From: Candidatus Udaeobacter sp.
Lineage (GTDB): Bacteria > Patescibacteriota > Patescibacteriia > Magasanikbacterales > GWA2-37-8
Direction of reading: 5' to 3'
Assembly (NCBI GenBank): GCA_035473115.1
Contig: DATION010000004.1
Span: 33,126-97,125 of the forward strand
Length of the DNA stretch: 64,000 nucleotides
In this document: positions 20,360-28,930 of the stretch, one piece after another
Numbering within the stretch: position 1 is the stretch's first letter
Layout of the letters: each line of letters begins with the position of its first letter
Notes under the pieces: generated by a model
What the model saw: the letters and a program-made list of their open reading frames with translations, nothing else
What the model was told of the DNA's origin: nothing
Database searches by the model: none
Position numbers and translations under genes: made by a program

Positions 20360-20388
20360 ACGATAGGCTGTATCAATAAAACTGTCAA
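20360..20388 (-). promoter_or_regulatory. Probable sigma70 promoter of the transaldolase gene
   Basis: Minus strand TTGACA-17 bp-TATCGT. Confidence 0.5.
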
Positions 20389-20391
20389 GAA

Positions 20392-21129
20392 TTAATCCTG
20401 TACTGTGGATTTTATTTTTTTCAAATACTCTTCTACTTCTTTATATTTATCAATTGTGTCAATTCCCTTAGTGTAGTCTTTGCATTCATAACTATAGAAT
20501 TTTTTACCCTTACTTACCACATCAGGCAAGAGCTGTTTACCAAGCTCATAAAAAGTATTGTCCGGAACATAATCTAAAATCTCTTTTTTTAAAACAAATA
20601 CGCCTTTCATGCGGTAAGCGTTTGGATATGTTTGACTATGCGGCTTGGCATGTATTTTAAGATAACTGCCGTCGGCGGCCAATTCAGCCACATCTGCATC
20701 AGCGTAATCATCTGTTTTTTGCATTCTTTGCATACCAATCGCGTCCGGATGTTTAGTAAATTCTGCGATCATCTGAGAATAATCCATCAGACTTAGCATA
20801 TCGCCATAGATAAGAAAAAAATATTTATCCAGCATGTCAGAAAAATTTTTCACCCCACCAGCTGTACCCAAAATTTCTTTCTCCTGAAAATAATTTATTT
20901 TTACACCCCACTTAGCTCCATCGCCAAAATAATCTCGGATAACATCCGGCAAATAATAAAGATTTATAAAAAATTCGGTCACGCCATGTTTTTTAAATTG
21001 TTCTATATTCCACTCCAATAGAGGTTTGCCCAACAAAGGTATCATTGGTTTTGGCATGGTGTCGGTAATCGGTCGCAAACGTGTACCCAGACCAGCGCAA
21101 AGTATTACTGCTTGTTTTATGTTAGGCAT
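20392..21129 (-). CDS. Sugar-1-phosphate nucleotidyltransferase (HddC/LmbO-like guanylyltransferase)
   Basis: LCAGLGTRLRPIT, PKPM, LGTAGG, YGD. Confidence 0.85.
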   Translation of the reverse strand: MPNIKQAVILCAGLGTRLRPITDTMPKPMIPLLGKPLLEWNIEQFKKHGVTEFFINLYYLPDVIRDYFGDGAKWGVKINYFQEKEILGTAGGVKNFSDMLDKYFFLIYGDMLSLMDYSQMIAEFTKHPDAIGMQRMQKTDDYADADVAELAADGSYLKIHAKPHSQTYPNAYRMKGVFVLKKEILDYVPDNTFYELGKQLLPDVVSKGKKFYSYECKDYTKGIDTIDKYKEVEEYLKKIKSTVQD

Positions 21130-21135
21130 ATATTA

Positions 21136-21747
21136 TTAAAAATTATTGGCTGCAACTACTTTAGCCATTTGCAATAAATTTTTTACAGTAAAATCAGGTT
21201 TAATGTCTTTGTATTTTTCATCGAGACGCGCATGGCCTGGACCGGTTTTTACTAAAATTGTTTTCAATCCGGCTTTCTTGCCAGCCACCACATCTATCAA
21301 AGCATCTCCGACCATAAAACTTTTTTTCGGATTTATATTTAATTTTTTTAACCCTTTTAAAATCATTCCCGGTCTTGGCTTACGACAATGGCAACGCAAA
21401 CGATATTTTGGCATGGTTGCTTCCGGATGATGCGGACAAAAATATATGGCGTCTACTTTAGCGCCTTTACCGCCTAATCTTTCGATTAAAACCGCATGAA
21501 TATTATCAATCTCTTTTGGCCCGACAATTCCCCGTGCCACCACCGGCTGATTGGTAACTACAACTACCAAAAAACCTAATTTATTTAACAGACCAATAGC
21601 CTGTGCCGCGCCAGGAAGTAATTTCAACTCTTCTACTGAATGCATCAGTTCTACCTGTTTAATTATAGTGCCGTCTCTATCCAAAAAAACAGCCTTGCGG
21701 CCGGACTTAAGCTTTTTTTTTGGCTTTATTGACCTAGTAGCAATCAT
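21136..21747 (-). CDS. gmhB: Heptose/octose bisphosphate phosphatase (HAD)
   Basis: FLDRDGT, VTNQ, CPHH...CHCRKPRPG, MVGD; ATGA overlap with gmhA. Confidence 0.88.
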   Translation of the reverse strand: MIATRSIKPKKKLKSGRKAVFLDRDGTIIKQVELMHSVEELKLLPGAAQAIGLLNKLGFLVVVVTNQPVVARGIVGPKEIDNIHAVLIERLGGKGAKVDAIYFCPHHPEATMPKYRLRCHCRKPRPGMILKGLKKLNINPKKSFMVGDALIDVVAGKKAGLKTILVKTGPGHARLDEKYKDIKPDFTVKNLLQMAKVVAANNF

Positions 21748-22313
21748 AATCGCGCCAGCAAATTTATCAATAAATGATTGACTACCAATTGATAATCTTC
21801 GGTATGAGGAGTTACCATAGTTTCTTCTACTGTCGGCACTACCAAACAAGCATCAGCGATTTGAGCAGCCACACCACTAGATCTGCCAACTACTGCCAAA
21901 ATTCTGGCTCCCACAACTTTGGCATATTCCATAGCTTTCACTAAATTACCGGAAATATTTTGCGTGCCGCCGTTGACTGAAAAAATAAACAGGCAATCTT
22001 TGGCGGTAAGGTTATGCATTTCTAACTGTCGTTTAAAAACCGAATCCCAACCCTCGTCGTTTGCTAAAGCAGAAAATAAACCAACATTATCACTCAAACA
22101 AAAAGTAGAAATTTTAGCAATTTTATTAAAATCATTAGTCGCATGTGAAGCTGATGAGCCGCCTCCGCCTATACCCAAAAAGAATACTCTGCCTTTTAAC
22201 TCCCTGGTAATAGCTAAAATATCAGCCATCTTTTCTAAATGCTCACGACTACATTCATTGGCGATTTGAGCTGTTCTTTTTAGATATTGATCAATAAATT
22301 GATGCTTATCCAT
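21744..22313 (-). CDS. gmhA: Phosphoheptose isomerase-like SIS protein
   Basis: GGGGSSASH, SALANDEG, VF.RQL, TED. Confidence 0.82.
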   Translation of the reverse strand: MDKHQFIDQYLKRTAQIANECSREHLEKMADILAITRELKGRVFFLGIGGGGSSASHATNDFNKIAKISTFCLSDNVGLFSALANDEGWDSVFKRQLEMHNLTAKDCLFIFSVNGGTQNISGNLVKAMEYAKVVGARILAVVGRSSGVAAQIADACLVVPTVEETMVTPHTEDYQLVVNHLLINLLARL

Positions 22314-22316
22314 ATT

Positions 22317-22395
22317 CGAAATGAGTGAGGGGAATAATTAAATGTATTTAATTATTGCCGAACGAATGAGATTATATGGGCAAAGCCCATATAAT
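22317..22395. repeat. Tandem-GA hairpin element copy A plus GGGC-AAA-GCCC hairpin
   Basis: CGAAATGAGTGAG..AATAATTAAAT-GT-ATTTAATTATT..CGAACGAATGAG followed by ATTATATGGGC-AAA-GCCCATATAAT. Confidence 0.7.
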
Positions 22396-22543
22396 ATTAA
22401 ATCAAAGAATAATTACTTACTTTTTCATTGTTAGTATAACTATTTCTTATAAAAAATGTCAACAGTAACAGTAAATTTTCTTAAATTAATAACGCTCGGC
22501 CATCTTTTGGACAACCGAGCGAAACTACTCCTTACTAAATTAA

Positions 22544-23455
22544 TTACTGCTTATTCCAGTTCTCTTGGAGCTGCTGCCAGAGCCAACCGACCAGATCGGG
22601 CGCCCCAGCAATAAAGCCGATGCCACCCTCTTTAGTACGATTACTACGATTGTAACTCGGCAAATCCGGCTCCACAAGCGGAACAAGCAATCCACCACGG
22701 TAGTGGTAGTACTGGACTTTACCTCCAGCCGCTTCGATAATTGTGGCCGACGCCCAATCCCACGGCCACTGATGGGGCTGAACAATAGCTTCTGCCCGAC
22801 CAGCGGCGACCATAGCTACGCCAAGCCCACAGGATCCGGCGACAACTGCCGTCTCCACAGTCTTCGCGACCTCATGTTGAAACTTCTGGAAATGAGGCCT
22901 CTTGAGCACATCCACTCCATATAGAACAGTGGACTTCTCTACTGGACGTTCCACCACCCTAGCTGGCTGAGCAGTATGATATGACCCATCCGTCACAAAC
23001 ACACCTTGCCCCTTCTCACCAAAAACCAAAAACCCATTTCGGATATCAGGAGCAAAAATAGCTCCACCCTGATGCTGTCCGTCCTGTATCCAATTCGCAA
23101 CAACACTCCAATCGAAGCGATTGCGATAAGCACCGGCAGTTCCATCCACCGCATCAAGAACGAATACGGTCCCTGGCTGCTTGATCTGACCGAGATTGCC
23201 ATTCAGGATCAGGTCAGGCCCCTGGCATTCCTCTTCGGCAAGAAAAAACGCGCCTGGAAAATTAGAACGGAGTTCGGAAAGAAGCATAGCCTGACTATTC
23301 CCATCAGCCTCAGTACTAATCGAATGATGACTTCCGCCAGGCTCACCGTCTTTTACCTTAGCATTAACACCTTGAGCCAAAACCTCTTTGACCATAGCCC
23401 CTGCCATAGCAACTGCGGTAGAAAGAACATGCACCTGACGAGAAAAGTTTGACAT
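22544..23455 (-). CDS. Inositol monophosphatase (FIG) family phosphatase, GC-richer than neighbours
   Basis: TEAD, AEE, LDAVDGT, WPWDWASA; AAGGAG RBS. Confidence 0.8.
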   Translation of the reverse strand: MSNFSRQVHVLSTAVAMAGAMVKEVLAQGVNAKVKDGEPGGSHHSISTEADGNSQAMLLSELRSNFPGAFFLAEEECQGPDLILNGNLGQIKQPGTVFVLDAVDGTAGAYRNRFDWSVVANWIQDGQHQGGAIFAPDIRNGFLVFGEKGQGVFVTDGSYHTAQPARVVERPVEKSTVLYGVDVLKRPHFQKFQHEVAKTVETAVVAGSCGLGVAMVAAGRAEAIVQPHQWPWDWASATIIEAAGGKVQYYHYRGGLLVPLVEPDLPSYNRSNRTKEGGIGFIAGAPDLVGWLWQQLQENWNKQ

Positions 23456-23587
23456 GACTTGCTCCTTTAGTTGTTGATCGTGGAATTAACTCACTCCATC
23501 ACTATTCCAAAAATTTTTCGAAATATTAACAGTGCGAGTGTTGACCAGAACCAACTTGATATGGCTGAAAAACTTCTTTCTACTTTA

Positions 23588-23674
23588 TCTTCCGACCAGC
23601 ATGGGTCAGAAAGACATGATAACTTATAACAAATAAACAAAAAAGTCAAGGATACATCCTCGACTTTTTTGTTT
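23588..23674 (-). promoter_or_regulatory. Terminator hairpin overlapping a -35, promoter and 5' leader hairpin (copy 1)
   Basis: AAACAAAAAAGTC..GACTTTTTTGTTT hairpin containing TTGACT(-35), 17 bp, TAAGTT, then ATGTCTT-initiated hairpin; similar to 36745-36830. Confidence 0.65.
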
Positions 23675-23681
23675 AGCAAAA

Positions 23682-24683
23682 TTAAAAAGTAATTATTTTT
23701 TTCTTTTTAGACGAAGCGTATAAATCTTCTACTAATTTATTTGCCATCATTCCATCATAGCCATTGCCAATTGGTTCAGTTTTACTAACTATAGCTTGAC
23801 GAAAATTTTTCCATTCTTCTTGCCAAGAAATATCTACATCATACAAAAATTCTTGCTCAACCGGACGGACTCCCAGTTTTTTTCTCCGGCCAATTATTAA
23901 TTTTTCTTGGCCATAACTGCCGCCTTTTCCTTCAATGTTAAGATAGCCCTTTTTGCCAAAAACGTCAATTACAAATTTATTTCTCCATTGAGTGGCGCTC
24001 ACATGCATCTGCGCTACCTGGCCGCTTTTTGCCCGCAAAGTACAGAAAGCGTTATCTTCTAGTTTTGATTTATTCCAAAACATATTTTCGCAAAAAGCTG
24101 CGCCTTCTTTGAATTCACCCAAAAACCAGCGAAATAAATCCAGCATATGCACTCCCTGATCTAATAATTCTCCGCCGCCGGATAATTTTTTGTTCATCCG
24201 CCATTCCAGATCATAACCTTTTCTGGCACCGTGGCCATAAACAGCTCGCATATACATTAGCTCACCAATAGCGCCGCTTTTGACTAAATCGTGGGCCTTC
24301 TTGATCGCAGCGTGAAAACGGTGATTAAAACCAACTTTTAACACCACTTTATTTTTTCTGGCTGCCAGATAAACTTGCCTGGCCTCTTGATAATTAATTC
24401 CCAAAGGCTTTTCGCACAAAACATTTTTTTTATTGCGTATTGCTTCTAAACATAACCCAGCCGCCGCGCTATTGATAGTAGCGATAATTACCGTGTCTAT
24501 TTTTTTATTTTTAAAAATTTCTTCACTGCTACTAGCAACGGAAGCGCCATATTCTTTGGCCAAAGCCAAACTTCTTTCCGGGCTAACATCAAAAACAGAG
24601 ACGAATTTGTCTTTTTTTAAATCTCGAATAACTCTCGCTCTTTTTGCGCCAATATACCCGGCACCGATAATCCCGACATTCAT
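23682..24683 (-). CDS. Gfo/Idh/MocA oxidoreductase (LmbZ-like candidate)
   Basis: GIIGAGYIG, CEKPL, GFNHRF, GGGELLDQGVH; start MNVG. Confidence 0.85.
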   Translation of the reverse strand: MNVGIIGAGYIGAKRARVIRDLKKDKFVSVFDVSPERSLALAKEYGASVASSSEEIFKNKKIDTVIIATINSAAAGLCLEAIRNKKNVLCEKPLGINYQEARQVYLAARKNKVVLKVGFNHRFHAAIKKAHDLVKSGAIGELMYMRAVYGHGARKGYDLEWRMNKKLSGGGELLDQGVHMLDLFRWFLGEFKEGAAFCENMFWNKSKLEDNAFCTLRAKSGQVAQMHVSATQWRNKFVIDVFGKKGYLNIEGKGGSYGQEKLIIGRRKKLGVRPVEQEFLYDVDISWQEEWKNFRQAIVSKTEPIGNGYDGMMANKLVEDLYASSKKKKIITF

Positions 24684-24684
24684 A

Positions 24685-25533
24685 TTATTTGGTAATTTCC
24701 TTAAAATATTTATTATCAATCCGACGCAAAGTAAATTCCTGAGAATTATTTATTCTTTCTACTTCCGCTTTGTCCCATTCTTTCCACTTATCCCATTTAG
24801 CGCTGATTAATTTACCCGTTAAACTAGTTGAGATGAAAAACATAATTAAGTCAGCGGCCAGCTGAGGCGAATCTCCGCCTTCCTGTTTTTGTTGAAGAAT
24901 TTTTTCATAAAAATCTTTACCTACCGCTTCCTGGCCCGCGGCCAATGATTCTTCTAATAATTTTGTATTTACCGCCCCCGGAGCAACCGCATTAACTTGT
25001 ATGCCATATTCTTTGTATTCTACAGCCAAATTTTCGGTAAAACGAACTATAGCTGCTTTTGAGGTAGCATAAGCAGAAAAATGCGGAAAACTGTTTACTG
25101 CGCCGCCGCCGGAAAAATTAATTATCTTGCCTGATTTATTTTTTGTCATTATCGGCAAAACAGCATGCGCGCAATTTACCGTACCCAACAAATTTATCTG
25201 CAAAGCTTCGGACCATTTCTTAATGTCATTATCGCCAAACAAACCAATCGGTCCATACACACCCGCGGCATTTACCAAAATATCAATGGTGCCAAACTTT
25301 TTTATTACTCCGCTCATCAACTTTTGTACCTGTTTATAATCAGAAACATCAACTGCTTTAATCTCGATACTAAAACCGTTTTTTTTGATTTCTTCTTTTA
25401 ATACTTCTAACTCCTGCTTTGATCTGGAAGCTGCAATTACCTTAACACCTTGAGCAGCCAAAGTTTGCGCTATCACTTTGCCAATCCCTCGGCCTCCACC
25501 GGTAACAATTGCAATTTTATCTTTTAAATTCAT
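24685..25533 (-). CDS. Classical SDR reductase
   Basis: TGGGRGIG, NAAG, YATSK, VNAVAPG. Confidence 0.87.
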   Translation of the reverse strand: MNLKDKIAIVTGGGRGIGKVIAQTLAAQGVKVIAASRSKQELEVLKEEIKKNGFSIEIKAVDVSDYKQVQKLMSGVIKKFGTIDILVNAAGVYGPIGLFGDNDIKKWSEALQINLLGTVNCAHAVLPIMTKNKSGKIINFSGGGAVNSFPHFSAYATSKAAIVRFTENLAVEYKEYGIQVNAVAPGAVNTKLLEESLAAGQEAVGKDFYEKILQQKQEGGDSPQLAADLIMFFISTSLTGKLISAKWDKWKEWDKAEVERINNSQEFTLRRIDNKYFKEITK

Positions 25534-25536
25534 AAG

Positions 25537-25686
25537 CGAAATGAGTGAATAAAATATTTAGCTTGCTAGAATATTTTTGAGCGAATGAGTTTATATACTA
25601 ACGAAGCGAGTAAAAAGTATGTTTACATACTTTTTCGAGCAAGTACAGTAAATATGGAACATATATAGGCTTTAGCTTCTATATAT
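25537..25686. repeat. Tandem-GA hairpin element copy B (two units) plus GGC-TTTA-GC hairpin
   Basis: CGAAATGAGTGAA..hairpin..TGAGCGAATGAG; GAAGCGAG..AAAAAGTATGT-TT-ACATACTTTTT..CGAGC. Confidence 0.7.
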
Positions 25687-26996
25687 TATTTAGTTTTAAA
25701 ACCTATTCCATAATAAGCAATACTGCTATTTTTAATAGCATCTACCGGTAAAAAATTTTTACAGTCTATAATTGCTGCTTTGCCGGCTAATTTCTTAACT
25801 TTGGCAAAATCCAGATCTTTAAATTCCGGCCAATCAGTGGCCAGCAAGACTACATCAGCGTCGGCAATCGCGCTATAGGCATCAGCATAAATTTTTATCC
25901 CAGCCATACCTTTGACCGCAGAGACAACTTTGGGATCATATGCTTTAACTTTGGCTCCGCCAGCCAATAATTTTTTGGCTATCTCCAAAGACATAGAGCG
26001 GCGCAAAGTGCTAGTGCCGGGCTTGTAGGTTAAACCTAAGATAGCAATTTTTTTATTCTTTAGCGGACCGATAATATTTTTTATCTTATTTATTACTTTT
26101 GCTTGCCGACTATTATTAATCTCTCCGGTCGCATTTATGATTTGAGTTTTTACTTTTTTTGCTTTACCCAAATCGCTTAAAATAGCAATATCGCGCCCCA
26201 AGGTTCCACCCGCGTAGCCAATACCCGGGCTAAGGAATGCTCGTTGGCCAATACGGCCATCGGCCTTTAAGCCTTCAACTACTTTTCTGACATCAGCTCC
26301 AACCAATTCGCAGATATCGGCAATTTCATTTATAAAACTTATTGACATTGCCAAAAAAGAGTTGGTAGCATGCTTTACCATTTCGGCGCTTTCCAAATCC
26401 ATATATATTTTTACCCCACCAATCACCTGATAAAAATTCTCTATGGCCGGTTTTATAGATTCGTCTTCCAAACCAATAATTACTCTGTCCGGTTCTAAAA
26501 ATTTTTTGATAGCTTGGCCAAGCATTAAGTTCTCGGGGTTATATACTATAGTACATTTCATTTTTGGATTACGCTGCAAAATAAATTTTTTGATATCGCG
26601 GCAAGTACCAACTTTCACTTGGCTCATAATAATAACCACGCAGTCACTAGCGGCATATTGAGCAATTTTTTCACAGGCTTTATATATAACCGAAGCATCC
26701 GGTCTGTCTTTGTCGTCTACCGGAGTATCAAAACCAATAAAAATAAATTTTTTATCCGCCAAAGCATCTTTAAAATCAACCGTAAAATCAAGCCGACCAC
26801 TGGCCTGATTTTTTTCAATTAATTCTGCCAAACCAGGTTCAAATAATGGCGGCTTGTTTTGCTTCAAATCGGCAATTACTTTTTTATCAAAATCAACACC
26901 GGTCACAGTACAACCAACTTCGGCCAAACTAGCCGAAGCAGTACAGCCCAGATGCCACAGACCAATTACCGCCACTTTTGTTGAAGTCATACTCAT
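25686..26996 (-). CDS. UDP-glucose/GDP-mannose dehydrogenase family paralog lacking catalytic Cys (LmbL-like candidate)
   Basis: GLWHLG, YNPENL, SAEMVKHATN, but GYAGGTLGRD where active enzymes have GGSC. Confidence 0.8.
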   Translation of the reverse strand: MSMTSTKVAVIGLWHLGCTASASLAEVGCTVTGVDFDKKVIADLKQNKPPLFEPGLAELIEKNQASGRLDFTVDFKDALADKKFIFIGFDTPVDDKDRPDASVIYKACEKIAQYAASDCVVIIMSQVKVGTCRDIKKFILQRNPKMKCTIVYNPENLMLGQAIKKFLEPDRVIIGLEDESIKPAIENFYQVIGGVKIYMDLESAEMVKHATNSFLAMSISFINEIADICELVGADVRKVVEGLKADGRIGQRAFLSPGIGYAGGTLGRDIAILSDLGKAKKVKTQIINATGEINNSRQAKVINKIKNIIGPLKNKKIAILGLTYKPGTSTLRRSMSLEIAKKLLAGGAKVKAYDPKVVSAVKGMAGIKIYADAYSAIADADVVLLATDWPEFKDLDFAKVKKLAGKAAIIDCKNFLPVDAIKNSSIAYYGIGFKTK

Positions 26997-27000
26997 TAAA

Positions 27001-27987
27001 TTAAAAATCAACCATTGTTTTTGCGCCTTCCAGTTCAAATCTAAACGACATCTCTCTCAAACCATTTTCTTTCATAGCTTCCCGTATTCCCTTTTTATCA
27101 CTCGGACAATAAAATAACAAAAATCCGCCGCCGCCAGCTCCCATAATCTTACCGCCCAGTGCGCCGCGTTCTTTAGCCAAAGAATAAAGCATATCTATCT
27201 TTGGATCAGACATTTTGGTTGACATTGTCTTTTTTACCCGCCAATGTTCATCCATCAAGCGGCCAAAATTATCCAGATTTCCCTGCTCAATAGAATTTTT
27301 AATTTCCAAACCAATATCTTTTATCTGCAGTAAAGATTTGGTCACATCGCTCTGCTCTGTTTTGGCGGCAGCGCTCTGTTCTCCCAAAATACTCATGGCA
27401 TCACGAGAAATACCGGTATAAAATATCATTAATTTGCTTTGCAATTCTTCTACTGTCTCACGCGCCACAGCAGCATTAGAAACCTTTACCGCGCCATTTT
27501 TATCTATATCCATTATAGTAAACCCGCCAAATGCAGCCAAATATTGATCTTGTTTGCCTACCGGCTTGTGCAACAAATCAATCTCAATATGACAAGCTTC
27601 TTCAGCTAATTCTTGCACGCCGGAACCTTTGCGCGTTAAAGTTTGCAGACCTTTTAAAAGACCAACCAAATACGAACCTGATGAACCCATGCCAGTGCCT
27701 TCGGGTACATCAGCCATAGATATAATTTCGATACTGTCTTTTATCCCATAATATTCCAAAGCGGCCTTGGCCAATTGATGCTGAACTTGAGCCACATTTT
27801 CGACAATCTCTGTTCGAGAATATTTAATACGCACTAAAGAATCTATGACCGGCCGATTAATGGCCACATACATATACTTATCAATGGCTGCGCTAAACAA
27901 GAAACCTCCATGTTGGCTATAAAAATTTGGCAGGTCAGTACCGCCGCCGCCAAGTGGAATTCTAAATGGTGTTCGGGTAAAAATCAT
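27001..27987 (-). CDS. hddA: GHMP sugar kinase (heptose-7-phosphate kinase HddA/LmbP-like)
   Basis: RIPLGGGGTD, PEGTGMGSSG, GKQDQY, GGKIMGAGGGG. Confidence 0.87.
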   Translation of the reverse strand: MIFTRTPFRIPLGGGGTDLPNFYSQHGGFLFSAAIDKYMYVAINRPVIDSLVRIKYSRTEIVENVAQVQHQLAKAALEYYGIKDSIEIISMADVPEGTGMGSSGSYLVGLLKGLQTLTRKGSGVQELAEEACHIEIDLLHKPVGKQDQYLAAFGGFTIMDIDKNGAVKVSNAAVARETVEELQSKLMIFYTGISRDAMSILGEQSAAAKTEQSDVTKSLLQIKDIGLEIKNSIEQGNLDNFGRLMDEHWRVKKTMSTKMSDPKIDMLYSLAKERGALGGKIMGAGGGGFLLFYCPSDKKGIREAMKENGLREMSFRFELEGAKTMVDF

Positions 27988-27998
27988 ACGCTTTTACT

Positions 27999-28919
27999 TT
28001 ATAAAACATGCTTCTTAATATAATCTATTTGCTGCTTAATTCCTTCTGGCAAACTAGTTTTTAGTTGCCAGCCTAAATTTTGTAACTTACGGCAATCAGC
28101 CAAAGTAATTTCTGCTTCACCTGCCAAATTATCTTTATATATCGGATCAATACTCGAGCCGGTCAAATCTTTAATTATTTTATAAATTTCATTAACTGAA
28201 TAATTTTCTCCGGATCCGATATTGTACACTTGATTATTGGCGCTATCTTCTTTCATCAGTAATACATGCGCGTCATTAATATCATCAATATAAACAAAAT
28301 CTCGTCTTTTTTCTCCAGTTCCATAGATTACCGGCTGCTCGCCGCGCAATAAATTAATAATGAAAGCCGACATTAGCGGCGGAATAGTGCGCCGATAATC
28401 TTGCCGCGGACCATAAACATTAAAATAACGCACACCGATGCTGTCTAAGTTATAAAACTCTTTATAAGCTTTGGCAAAATAATGCCCGGCCACTTTGCTC
28501 ATGGCATAAAAACTATGCGGGTCCACGACAGTTTCCGGAGTGGGAAATTTGTCCGTACCTTCATAGACAGCCGAGCTTTCGGCATAGATAACTTTTTTTA
28601 CACCAGCTTTGGCACTAGCTGCAAACACATTCACCGTGCCGGTTACATTTATATCAGAAGTTTCTAAAGGGTCTTTTTGGCAATCACTGATGCAATTTTT
28701 GGCAGCCAAATGAAAAACATACTCCACATCTTTAAATAACGGATGAATTTCTTTTGAACGGATATCTATTTTATGAAAAAGAACTCCTTCCGGTATTTGC
28801 TCTTTGACACCATAAGAAAGGTCATCTATGCCGATAACTTCATGGCCTTCGGCAAGCAACCTAACTGCCAAATTACTGCCGATAAAACCGGCAACTCCGG
28901 TAACAAGAATTTTAGCCAT
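27999..28919 (-). CDS. NAD-dependent sugar epimerase (LmbM-like candidate)
   Basis: TGVAGFIG, ESSAVY, YAMSK, RYFNVYGP. Confidence 0.85.
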   Translation of the reverse strand: MAKILVTGVAGFIGSNLAVRLLAEGHEVIGIDDLSYGVKEQIPEGVLFHKIDIRSKEIHPLFKDVEYVFHLAAKNCISDCQKDPLETSDINVTGTVNVFAASAKAGVKKVIYAESSAVYEGTDKFPTPETVVDPHSFYAMSKVAGHYFAKAYKEFYNLDSIGVRYFNVYGPRQDYRRTIPPLMSAFIINLLRGEQPVIYGTGEKRRDFVYIDDINDAHVLLMKEDSANNQVYNIGSGENYSVNEIYKIIKDLTGSSIDPIYKDNLAGEAEITLADCRKLQNLGWQLKTSLPEGIKQQIDYIKKHVL

Positions 28920-28930
28920 AAAATAAATAA

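Noticed and set aside
23491-23679. 62-aa ORF upstream of the IMPase-like gene
   Set aside because: Starts within the terminator/promoter block; better explained as promoter and leader
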